A model generated the notes under the pieces. That model did not search any database, was not told where the DNA came from, and saw nothing but the letters and a program-made list of their open reading frames with translations. From a virus (Duplodnaviria; Caudoviricetes), in the IMG/VR virus record IMGVR_UViG_3300025277_000114, positions 1 through 28,336 of that record: a DNA stretch of 28,336 nucleotides. One strand, written 5' to 3'. How positions within the stretch are numbered: the stretch's first letter is position 1; each line of letters begins with the position of its first letter. A program made the translations under genes and the position numbers. Positions 7,770 to 14,314 of the stretch are shown here, piece after piece.

Positions 7770-8050
7770 TGTGCGGTTTCCTTTTCTCGTTCGTGAATTA
7801 AATTAGCAACTTCCAACAGTCCGTTGATCATTTTCTCGACTGCCTCAACGTTCTCGAATGATAGCATAAAAGACTCAACAACGTCAACCTGTTTACCTTT
7901 AATTGATCCATGCGTTTGCGGGATCTCAAACTTGATGTCAGCCCAGTGCTCACTTTCAATTAGCCATTTAATATCCTTTATGTAAGAGATGTCGTGATCA
8001 ATAAACACCTTGCCGGTTTCTGAAATGTACGTTCTGCCCGTTACCATCAT
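7766..8050 (-). CDS. Hypothetical protein
   Basis: ORF track; tightly packed operon. Confidence 0.7.
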   Translation of the reverse strand: MMVTGRTYISETGKVFIDHDISYIKDIKWLIESEHWADIKFEIPQTHGSIKGKQVDVVESFMLSFENVEAVEKMINGLLEVANLIHEREKETAQ

Positions 8051-8052
8051 TT

Positions 8053-8277
8053 TTAATCCTCCGAGTCAGGGTAAAGTTCGCGATATTCGTCAACACATCT
8101 TTGCATGTTGGCGATTGTTTCGGCATCGACTTCGACATACGCTACACGTGGGATTTCTCTGCTGTCGTAACTTTTACCGTACACTGTAAGCTGGAAACGT
8201 CTTTTGTTGTCCCGATGATAACCAGTCATTGAAATAGTTCCGCTGGAATTTTTAGCAGTCATCAGTTCAGTGCTCAT
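8053..8277 (-). CDS. Hypothetical protein
   Basis: ORF track; tightly packed operon. Confidence 0.7.
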   Translation of the reverse strand: MSTELMTAKNSSGTISMTGYHRDNKRRFQLTVYGKSYDSREIPRVAYVEVDAETIANMQRCVDEYRELYPDSED

Positions 8278-8584
8278 TGTTTAATGCCTTGCAAATTGTT
8301 TCCAGATAAGTCCTGCCGTGCTCATCTTGTGATTGTACGTATGCACATTCTGGATACACTACGAATTCCGTAGGCTCAGTACAGATAATTTTTTCAGTTT
8401 GCGTGTCTTTAACTGCTAAGTATTCGCAAACGTCGTCCCACTTATTGCCGGACAAGTGACGCAGAGTTACAATTTGATAGCGGTGAAATGCTTTTTCAGC
8501 CGCTTCAGCAATAGCCGCCGCACCATTTACAGGCATGTTTAATTCTTCCTCTGAGATATTATGTTTACGTGTTTCCCAATCCAT
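8267..8584 (-). CDS. Hypothetical protein
   Basis: ORF track; tightly packed operon. Confidence 0.7.
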   Translation of the reverse strand: MDWETRKHNISEEELNMPVNGAAAIAEAAEKAFHRYQIVTLRHLSGNKWDDVCEYLAVKDTQTEKIICTEPTEFVVYPECAYVQSQDEHGRTYLETICKALNNEH

Positions 8585-8586
8585 AA

Positions 8587-8802
8587 TTATCGTCCCAATG
8601 GTCTCAATGCAGTTGCGAGACGATCTTGTTTAATGTCGATGTTTTTAATTCTCATGCCCTTCAATGCCCTAGCGGCCAGATTCCTTCCGTCCTGTTCTAC
8701 GTATGTACTGACAATATCAGACCATACTTTGACGCTTGCGGAACGATCTCCAAAGATGTGTATGAATACATCCAAACCATCATTGTAGTACATCTTGTGC
8801 AT
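8587..8802 (-). CDS. Hypothetical protein (start MHKMYY)
   Basis: ORF track 8587..9021 runs through element 5; GGGAGCAACAAA-ATG at 8802 lies downstream of promoter 8841-8869. Confidence 0.65.
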   Translation of the reverse strand: MHKMYYNDGLDVFIHIFGDRSASVKVWSDIVSTYVEQDGRNLAARALKGMRIKNIDIKQDRLATALRPLGR

Positions 8803-8840
8803 TTTGTTGCTCCCATGTTGTTTACACTTGCCACGCGGGT

Positions 8841-8869
8841 AGTCTATCATTATCATCGACAGATGACAA
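8841..8869 (-). promoter_or_regulatory. sigma70-like promoter TTGTCA-N17-TAGACT
   Basis: 52 bp from element 5. Confidence 0.6.
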
Positions 8870-8920
8870 GCTCTAGACCATCTATTTCGCCATAAATTCA
8901 AAAGGTTATCAAAATAGCCG

Positions 8921-8996
8921 TAAGTTGTTATTGCCAAAGGGTTTACGCTCACGCGGCCCGCCCCGTCGCCGCAACTCATTGCGACAACAGGGTTTA
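8921..8996. repeat. Double-box element 5
   Basis: TAAGTTGTT-ATTGCCA-AAGGGTTTA / 26 bp / CAACTCATT-GCGACAA-CAGGGTTTA. Confidence 0.9.
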
Positions 8997-9017
8997 CGTC
9001 ATTTCCTTCACCCCAGC

Positions 9018-9335
9018 TCAATCGGCTGGGATTGGATAAGACTCCCGAACAGGTCCACCAATTGGTACGGGCGGCATTTGTCCACCCCAGTCAAGATATT
9101 CAAAACTGGGAAAGTGTGCTTTCTCTGCGGTTATCCATTCGCCATAAACTAGAAAGACACTTGTCATTCCATCCTCTGTAACCGCGTCGATCTCCATTGG
9201 ATCTTCGCTATTGCCGGACAAGTGACGCAACACCATGTTTGCACCTGCTATAAAATGAGCAATGTCCGTTTTTCTTGAGTGTGCAAATTTCCTCAGAAAC
9301 ACGCGAGTAGCTGCACTGGTTTTGATTTTGCTCAT
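9018..9335 (-). CDS. Hypothetical protein
   Basis: ORF track; GAGGA RBS; ATGA overlap. Confidence 0.7.
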   Translation of the reverse strand: MSKIKTSAATRVFLRKFAHSRKTDIAHFIAGANMVLRHLSGNSEDPMEIDAVTEDGMTSVFLVYGEWITAEKAHFPSFEYLDWGGQMPPVPIGGPVRESYPIPAD

Positions 9336-9784
9336 GATTCCTCTCTTACTAATGTTTGTGAGTACTTATCAACAAATGACCGTGATTCGATTTGTTTGAC
9401 CAGTCTACGGAGGTATTCTGGCTGTTGGTACTGCGTATCCATGCCTATATCGATACCTAAGTTACTCAGCAGCAACTGAAATCGTTGTTCTTGGTCTGCA
9501 ATAGCAGCCGCAAGGACCGTAGGTCTATCTTCACTTCTTGCTTTGCCACTGGGGTAGACTCGTTGTTCTTTTTTGGGTTTTAAGAGATTGAGTTCAATCT
9601 CAGCGTCTTTAGCTAATCTTAGTAATTGAGTCGAGTCCGATAGCCTTATATCTAATTCACAACGCAAAAGGTCCACAACCTCTTGTGCAGTCATGCCCGT
9701 CACATCCATCTTTCGGAGATGTTCAACAACTCTAAACTCTTGCCAACGTTTCAGACAGTTCGCCATTGTACTACAGCCTTTCAA
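9332..9784 (-). CDS. Hypothetical protein, possible N-terminal helix-turn-helix
   Basis: GMTAQEVVDLL...LS.S.QLLRLAK pattern; start may be MANCL. Confidence 0.65.
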   Translation of the reverse strand: MKGCSTMANCLKRWQEFRVVEHLRKMDVTGMTAQEVVDLLRCELDIRLSDSTQLLRLAKDAEIELNLLKPKKEQRVYPSGKARSEDRPTVLAAAIADQEQRFQLLLSNLGIDIGMDTQYQQPEYLRRLVKQIESRSFVDKYSQTLVREES

Positions 9785-9947
9785 TAATTGAGTTTTGAAA
9801 TTCCCGGTCAGATACTTCGTCGAGTTCTTTTTGTGCTTCGCGTTCCTGCTCTTCCATCCATTTTTGCATAAAAGCCATTTCCTCCATGTTGAAACACAGT
9901 TGAGCCATTGAAACCTCTTCGCACTGGACTTCGTCGTAACTATTCAT
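9771..9947 (-). CDS. Small acidic protein (MNSYDEVQCEE...)
   Basis: AGGGAAGCAACG-ATG leader downstream of promoter 9988-10015. Confidence 0.65.
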   Translation of the reverse strand: MNSYDEVQCEEVSMAQLCFNMEEMAFMQKWMEEQEREAQKELDEVSDREFQNSIIERL

Positions 9948-9987
9948 CGTTGCTTCCCTTGAAAAACACAAAAAACCAGATACAAGT

Positions 9988-10015
9988 ATTGTCGTCAAAT
10001 CGCCAAGAATTGCAA
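9988..10015 (-). promoter_or_regulatory. Promoter TTGCAA-N16-GACAAT
   Basis: Same layout as 13355-13382 and 15954-15981; 42 bp from element 6. Confidence 0.55.
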
Positions 10016-10056
10016 TACCTTTTCTTGTAGTTTATGGCAAATAAAGAAAGTTGACG

Positions 10057-10132
10057 TAAGTTGTTGTTGTCAAAGGGTTTGCGTCGGCGGGGCCGGTCTT
10101 AGTGCCCTAAACTGTTGGCACCATAGGACTTA
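10057..10132. repeat. Double-box element 6
   Basis: TAAGTTGTT-GTTGTCA-AAGGGTTTG / 26 bp / TAAACTGTT-GGCACCA-TAGGACTTA; terminal TTA is the stop of the upstream ORF. Confidence 0.9.
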
Positions 10133-10315
10133 CGTAATATCTTTTCCTGTTAATTTCATCACTTTGAATTCTAGTGGGATGAATTGCCAATCGTATTCTT
10201 CTCCGATCCACTGTGTACAGTCCTCTGGATCAGTACCAACTTCTTCCGGTATTTCTCCCTTAATAATGCTTTCCGTGGTTGGACGGAATGCCTTGTATAG
10301 TATTGTAGTTTGCAT
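10130..10315 (-). CDS. Hypothetical protein (start MQTTIL)
   Basis: 3' part of ORF-track 10130..10477; the upstream extension overlaps hairpins and a terminator. Confidence 0.6.
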   Translation of the reverse strand: MQTTILYKAFRPTTESIIKGEIPEEVGTDPEDCTQWIGEEYDWQFIPLEFKVMKLTGKDIT

Positions 10316-10327
10316 TATTATTCCAAT

Positions 10328-10663
10328 AAAAAAACCGGTCCCTTGGGTCATTTGCGGAAGCAACTCAACAAATAACACCAAAGGACTGGCGAGCGATATT
10401 AAGAGCTGGTAAGAAATAGTGATCAAGCTATTTCTCTCACTCACTGTTATTCCGGTGCCCCGGACAGTGAAATCCACGCCAGCAACAAATTACGATCACT
10501 TCGGCGGCTGCTTTAGTTTCACGCAATTGACATGGATAGAACTGATTATGTCTGAAATGTACCAAGTATCAGAGAATGTCGCAAAAATCGGGCTAGCACG
10601 ATTATGGAGTGATTTGAGGGAACTGCAATTCAGACCATCAGTCCTTGTGTCGTTGTTTCCTGT
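10328..10663 (-). ncRNA. Candidate structured ncRNA or long regulatory leader
   Basis: Lies between promoter 10670-10698 and a hairpin plus U7; no credible ORF; several hairpins and 5'/3' complementarity. Confidence 0.45.
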
Positions 10664-10669
10664 ACGTGC

Positions 10670-10698
10670 ATTGTACTCTTTAGATCGGACGATTGCAA
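10670..10698 (-). promoter_or_regulatory. sigma70-like promoter TTGCAA-N17-TACAAT
   Basis: 52 bp from element 7. Confidence 0.65.
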
Positions 10699-10749
10699 CG
10701 CCAAGTCCTCCGATTTCGATAATAATCAGAAAGTTTCTTGAAATTGCCC

Positions 10750-10825
10750 TAAGTCCTTAGTATCAAAGGGGTTAAGTCTTCGCGACCCGCCCCGTTACCG
10801 TAAGTCGTTACGGCAACAGGGGTTG
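10750..10825. repeat. Double-box element 7
   Basis: TAAGTCCTT-AGTATCA-AAGGGGTTA / 26 bp / TAAGTCGTT-ACGGCAA-CAGGGGTTG. Confidence 0.9.
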
Positions 10826-10950
10826 CGAGATCCTACCCGGCTTTTATACCCTTCAACATCTGTATTTTGGTGGGTGTGACTCCCACCCGGTCTTTTTTGC
10901 ATTCGAATAGACCAACAGACACTGAGACAGCAAGGGGGCCGGGTCTTATG

Positions 10951-11223
10951 TCAATTTATAGGCTGATTTTCACCGTAAGATGCTGGGATATTCTGTTCAC
11001 ACACATCGCAAGTGAGATTTTGATCCTCCCAGTTAATAAACGCTTCGACGCGGTTTACATCTTCAAATTCTTTTTTGTTTGTACAGTCTGGACAACAGTG
11101 CATATGTTCATTATCCGCGTGAACATAATAGAACATCTGATATCCGCCGGGCCAAGCAAAATGATCTAATTGCTTGCCGTTGTTGTAATCCTGTGTAACA
11201 GCTTCAGAACGTCGAAATGTCAT
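10951..11223 (-). CDS. CxxC-containing phage hypothetical protein
   Basis: AWPGGY.MFY...CPDC...NWED..L.CDVC...I.ASYG. Confidence 0.75.
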   Translation of the reverse strand: MTFRRSEAVTQDYNNGKQLDHFAWPGGYQMFYYVHADNEHMHCCPDCTNKKEFEDVNRVEAFINWEDQNLTCDVCEQNIPASYGENQPIN

Positions 11224-11227
11224 TTAA

Positions 11228-11407
11228 TTAATCCTCGTGATAGCCAATAATGTCTTTGATCGCACTCATAAATATACGCAATGAACCCATGATTGTCAAC
11301 ATCCAAGCCGCACAAAGTACATAAGCCAGAGTAGTCCCTGAACTGTGGAATACACAGCCATACAAAATTGCTAGCATAATTACAAGCTGTATTATCGCTT
11401 CAACCAT
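11228..11407 (-). CDS. Small two-TM membrane protein (start MVEAII)
   Basis: AAGGA RBS; ORF-track extension to 11500 only translates repeat B2. Confidence 0.6.
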   Translation of the reverse strand: MVEAIIQLVIMLAILYGCVFHSSGTTLAYVLCAAWMLTIMGSLRIFMSAIKDIIGYHED

Positions 11408-11429
11408 TATTTTTCCTTTATAAAATTCT

Positions 11430-11500
11430 CGCTGACCGCTGGCCCGCTGACCGCTGACCCGCTGACTGCAGACATTATCGGACAGGGTCCGATTGGACAC
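11430..11500. repeat. Hairpin element B2
   Basis: Five (C)CGCTGR units plus ATCGGAC-AGG-GTCCGAT-TGGACAC, nearly identical to B1. Confidence 0.85.
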
Positions 11501-11526
11501 AAAGATAGCCGCCCCGGAGGGCGGCT
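11501..11526 (-). terminator. Terminator-like hairpin
   Basis: AGCCGCCC-CGGA-GGGCGGCT followed on - strand by ATCTTT. Confidence 0.55.
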
Positions 11527-11538
11527 GGTGGTGGGATG

Positions 11539-11691
11539 TTAGGCGGCAACGGTCTGAAGTTCTGCGTTCACGTCTTCAAGTTGTTCCTCATACCACTGGT
11601 CAAGTTGCTCGTCAGATACCCGCAGGTATTCCAGCAGATCATCACACTCGTAACGGTAGTATTCGAGAGAATAATTGGCTGTCTCGTACAT
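11539..11691 (-). CDS. 50-aa highly acidic protein (MYETANYSLEYYRYECDDLLEYLRVSDEQLDQWYEEQLEDVNAELQTVAA)
   Basis: Translated by hand; GAGGAAGCAACA-ATG leader; has its own promoter and terminator. Confidence 0.75.
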   Translation of the reverse strand: MYETANYSLEYYRYECDDLLEYLRVSDEQLDQWYEEQLEDVNAELQTVAA

Positions 11692-11730
11692 TGTTGCTTC
11701 CTCAAAAAAGTGAATTGTAACCCGATACGT

Positions 11731-11759
11731 ATATTATCGGCATTCTATTCCGTGGTCAA
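11731..11759 (-). promoter_or_regulatory. Promoter TTGACC-N17-TAATAT
   Basis: 42 bp from element 8. Confidence 0.6.
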
Positions 11760-11800
11760 TAGTTATTCCCCAAGTTTTCTGCTAATTTAAGTTATTGCCG

Positions 11801-11876
11801 TAAGTCGTTAGCCTGTAAGCAGTTACGTCGGCCCGGCCCGCCCCGTCGTCCTAAGTGCTTAAGTGATAAGGGTTTA
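11801..11876. repeat. Double-box element 8
   Basis: TAAGTCGTT-AGCCTGT-AAGCAGTTA / 26 bp / TAAGTGCTT-AAGTGAT-AAGGGTTTA. Confidence 0.9.
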
Positions 11877-11975
11877 GGTAAAAATCTCCGCCAGTATCGC
11901 GACGGCTTCCGCCATCGCCCAAGAAAACGCAAGAGCAAACAGAAAGATTCCCACAATTGAGAAAACCGCAATCAT
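11874..11975 (-). CDS. 33-aa hydrophobic peptide (MIAVFSIVGIFLFALAFSWAMAEAVAILAEIFT)
   Basis: ATGA overlap with the upstream gene; stop is the terminal TAA of element 8. Confidence 0.55.
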   Translation of the reverse strand: MIAVFSIVGIFLFALAFSWAMAEAVAILAEIFT

Positions 11976-12172
11976 TGGTTGATATCCCATAAAACTTTCG
12001 CGGCGGATTCCACGCGATTCGCTGCGGCAACAGCATATTCAGTGGTTCCAATGTCATCATAATGAATGAAAACATCGTGCCAAATCGTGTGGGTGAAATC
12101 ATCCCGATTTTCGTAAGTCGAGAGATCAAACTCCCATCCGTTCAAGTTTACAATACTGTCGGCGGTTTTCAT
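11972..12172 (-). CDS. Hypothetical protein
   Basis: ORF track; ATGA overlaps. Confidence 0.7.
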   Translation of the reverse strand: MKTADSIVNLNGWEFDLSTYENRDDFTHTIWHDVFIHYDDIGTTEYAVAAANRVESAAKVLWDINQ

Positions 12173-12480
12173 GCTGTTTCCTTATAAGATTTATTGATTT
12201 TGAAAAACATAATGTTTTCAAAATTATCGTACAATTTCAGCTCTGCCTCATCGTATGTCAATTTTGTGTCGGATGTGATCGTATGTTGAAACCAGTCACT
12301 GATTCCAATCGCACCGGATCGGCGACCGTGAAAACTGGTTTCGTACACCCAAAATTCTGCATTTTGTGAATTGAATTGTGCCGTTTCAATGTCCATCGTT
12401 TTTGTCCTTATCATATTGTTGTCAAGCCTGAAGTACATTTTTGGCACTGAAGAACCACCAACCCGGTGCGTCTTCCTCAT
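12169..12480 (-). CDS. Hypothetical protein (true start probably internal)
   Basis: ORF track; 5' part overlaps the upstream gene. Confidence 0.6.
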   Translation of the reverse strand: MRKTHRVGGSSVPKMYFRLDNNMIRTKTMDIETAQFNSQNAEFWVYETSFHGRRSGAIGISDWFQHTITSDTKLTYDEAELKLYDNFENIMFFKINKSYKETA

Positions 12481-12664
12481 TCCTGTTCAGGATCAAAGTC
12501 TTCCCTGCAAACTTGGAAAGTAGTGCAGTGTGTTCGGCATCGTATCCCACCGTTTTGCTGTTGAGCAATGTATCGGCAGCGACGATCAACTGCCCACCTT
12601 TGAAGTATGGTGCGTCGAATTTTTCTGATTGGTACTTGTCGAGGTAAACGGTTTTGACTGTCAT
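12422..12664 (-). CDS. Hypothetical protein, paralog of the N-terminal half of 14745..15185
   Basis: Shared TVY.D..Q...F.APYF.GG.L.VAAD.LLNSK..GYDA.HT.LL...PG.W. Confidence 0.8.
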   Translation of the reverse strand: MTVKTVYLDKYQSEKFDAPYFKGGQLIVAADTLLNSKTVGYDAEHTALLSKFAGKTLILNRNEEDAPGWWFFSAKNVLQA

Positions 12665-12691
12665 GGTTGTTCCTTTTGAGTGTGAGCGTGC

Positions 12692-12719
12692 ATTCTAATC
12701 AATGGTCGATTGTTGTCAA
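12692..12719 (-). promoter_or_regulatory. Promoter TTGACA-N16-TAGAAT (near-duplicate of 13124-13151)
   Basis: GCTTGACAACAATCGRCCATTRATTAGAAT in both copies. Confidence 0.75.
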
Positions 12720-12886
12720 GCCTGTTTTCCGGTCAATTTCTCAACATGAGAGAACTGCCGGATCTCGAATTTCGTGTCAGGATTGTGCAACTGCATTTCT
12801 GTCATTGCCTTGAATGCCTCATTCTGTTCCATGTAGATCGTCGTTCGGTAGTCTTGTTTTTTTCCGATTTGAAAAACCGCGTACAT
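12716..12886 (-). CDS. 56-aa hypothetical protein (MYAVFQIGKKQDYRTTIY...)
   Basis: Translated by hand; its TGA stop lies inside the TTGACA of the next promoter. Confidence 0.6.
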   Translation of the reverse strand: MYAVFQIGKKQDYRTTIYMEQNEAFKAMTEMQLHNPDTKFEIRQFSHVEKLTGKQA

Positions 12887-12897
12887 TTTTGTTACCC

Positions 12898-13089
12898 TTA
12901 AGCTATTTTTGTGACTGTCTTGAAATCAACACACTGGAAATTTTTGTTCAGTGTAAACCAGACATTTCCCGTCCCGGAAAGTGCTTCGATGATTACTTGT
13001 GTGCCGTCTTCAAGTGCGATAGCTTCGCCACGCTTGAGAGTGATATTGGTTTCTGTTTCGTTGTTGAAAAAAGTCAGTGGGATGCCCAT
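12898..13089 (-). CDS. Hypothetical protein (start MGIPLTF)
   Basis: GAAGGAAAACAAA-ATG leader downstream of promoter 13124-13151. Confidence 0.65.
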   Translation of the reverse strand: MGIPLTFFNNETETNITLKRGEAIALEDGTQVIIEALSGTGNVWFTLNKNFQCVDFKTVTKIA

Positions 13090-13123
13090 TTTGTTTTCCT
13101 TCGTGTTGTGTTTGTGAGTGTGT

Positions 13124-13151
13124 ATTCTAATTAATGGCCGATTGTTGTCAA
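13124..13151 (-). promoter_or_regulatory. Promoter TTGACA-N16-TAGAAT
   Basis: Near-duplicate of 12692-12719. Confidence 0.75.
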
Positions 13152-13318
13152 GCCCGGCACGCTCTTTTGATGTAGGAAAGGGATTTTGAGGTTTTAACCA
13201 GAACACGACCGTTTGCGTTTTTCTTTGCCATGTAATATGCGGCAGTTGAACCGGCACATCGCAGGGTGATCGACCATCGGTTAATAATGTCGATGAATTG
13301 TTCAGGGGTGTTTGTCAT
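13148..13318 (-). CDS. Small basic hypothetical protein (start MTNTPEQ)
   Basis: Same leader CAACACGAAGGAAAACAAA-ATG as the previous gene; TGA stop inside the next TTGACA. Confidence 0.65.
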   Translation of the reverse strand: MTNTPEQFIDIINRWSITLRCAGSTAAYYMAKKNANGRVLVKTSKSLSYIKRACRA

Positions 13319-13354
13319 TTTGTTTTCCTTCGTGTTGTTGTTTGTCATACGTGT

Positions 13355-13382
13355 ATTATCGTCATTTTGGGACGGATTGCAA
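13355..13382 (-). promoter_or_regulatory. Promoter TTGCAA-N16-GATAAT
   Basis: Same class as 9988 and 15954. Confidence 0.6.
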
Positions 13383-13459
13383 TACAACAATCCGTGATTA
13401 TTTTAAGATCCCATAAACAAGAATGTCGCCCTTATTATTAAGAAATTTGGTTTTTGACC

Positions 13460-13535
13460 TAAGTCGTTGCCGTACAAGGGTTTACGTTCGCGGGGCCGGT
13501 TTTCACGTTGTAAGTCGTTTGACAGTAAGGGTTTA
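13460..13535. repeat. Double-box element 9
   Basis: TAAGTCGTT-GCCGTAC-AAGGGTTTA / 26 bp / TAAGTCGTT-TGACAGT-AAGGGTTTA. Confidence 0.93.
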
Positions 13536-13547
13536 CGTCAATTTCTC

Positions 13548-13616
13548 ACTGACTGCTGGCTGACTGGCTATACACATTACCCGACAGGGTCGGGTAAGAC
13601 ACTCCGTGTCTTACCC
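13548..13616. repeat. Hairpin element B3
   Basis: TTACCCGAC-AGG-GTCGGGTAA overlapping GGGTAAGACAC-TCC-GTGTCTTACCC. Confidence 0.85.
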
Positions 13617-13630
13617 TTCCCTTGTCAAGG

Positions 13631-13708
13631 CTACTTTCGGCAAAGCGGGTAGATTCCCAACAATGGGAATCCAATCCCGCTAATGGCAATTATCAGATCA
13701 ATCAGCAT
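13631..13708 (-). CDS. 25-aa hydrophobic peptide (MLIDLIIAISGIGFPLLGIYPLCRK)
   Basis: CAGGAAGCAACAAT-ATG leader shared with neighbours. Confidence 0.55.
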   Translation of the reverse strand: MLIDLIIAISGIGFPLLGIYPLCRK

Positions 13709-13732
13709 ATTGTTGCTTCCTGTGTCTTGAAC

Positions 13733-13924
13733 CTAGTTCCAAACCTGTTCCATGATCCATTCGATGGGGTCGCCTGTTCTGGCCTTCATGGTGCCATATG
13801 GCATGTCGCCATTGCCAGCGAAATGATCGTACAATGCCTGATACAACTTGTCATGATTTGACAGGCAGTCCCCCGCATGGACTGCGTTGAACGCTGCCTG
13901 ATTGTCTCGGATAATCTTGTCCAT
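13733..13924 (-). CDS. Hypothetical protein
   Basis: LY..LYDHF...GDMPYGTMKARTGDP.EWI motif; shared leader. Confidence 0.75.
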   Translation of the reverse strand: MDKIIRDNQAAFNAVHAGDCLSNHDKLYQALYDHFAGNGDMPYGTMKARTGDPIEWIMEQVWN

Positions 13925-13990
13925 TGTTGTTGCTTCCTGTTGAGTTGAGTGATGAGGCCGGGAACGTTCCCGGCCTCGTAGTGTGACGAT

Positions 13991-14314
13991 TTACAGAGAA
14001 TTGATGATTTTGTTCAGAGCTTTGCCAACACTCCACAGATGATCGATGTTCGTCCCTGGCAATGTGATCGTCTCATCCGCGATTCCTTCGTCCGTGATGT
14101 TGTTGATTGTGCAAGGCCACCGTTCGCCTTCGTCGCATTCCGCCCAGATCAGCGGAGTGTCGCTTGTGTCGATATCGACACAACTGTCCAGGGGATTGAT
14201 TGAAACGATAACCGCTTCGCGACAGGCCCAGTCTTCCAGGATGATCCTGTCACCAACTTTGACAGTCCAGCCTATTTCGTCGCACGTTACGCTTTGTAGT
14301 GAGTTTCTTCCCAT
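13991..14314 (-). CDS. Hypothetical protein, paralog of 15698..15913
   Basis: Shared SVTCDE.G.TVK.GD.IIL.D...IDTS.TPL..AE...GE.WPCTINNI. Confidence 0.8.
   Translation of the reverse strand: MGRNSLQSVTCDEIGWTVKVGDRIILEDWACREAVIVSINPLDSCVDIDTSDTPLIWAECDEGERWPCTINNITDEGIADETITLPGTNIDHLWSVGKALNKIINSL

Noticed and set aside
11524-11531. E. coli Chi sequence GCTGGTGG
   Set aside because: Only one occurrence was noticed, overlapping a terminator arm; the host is unknown, so chance is the likely explanation.
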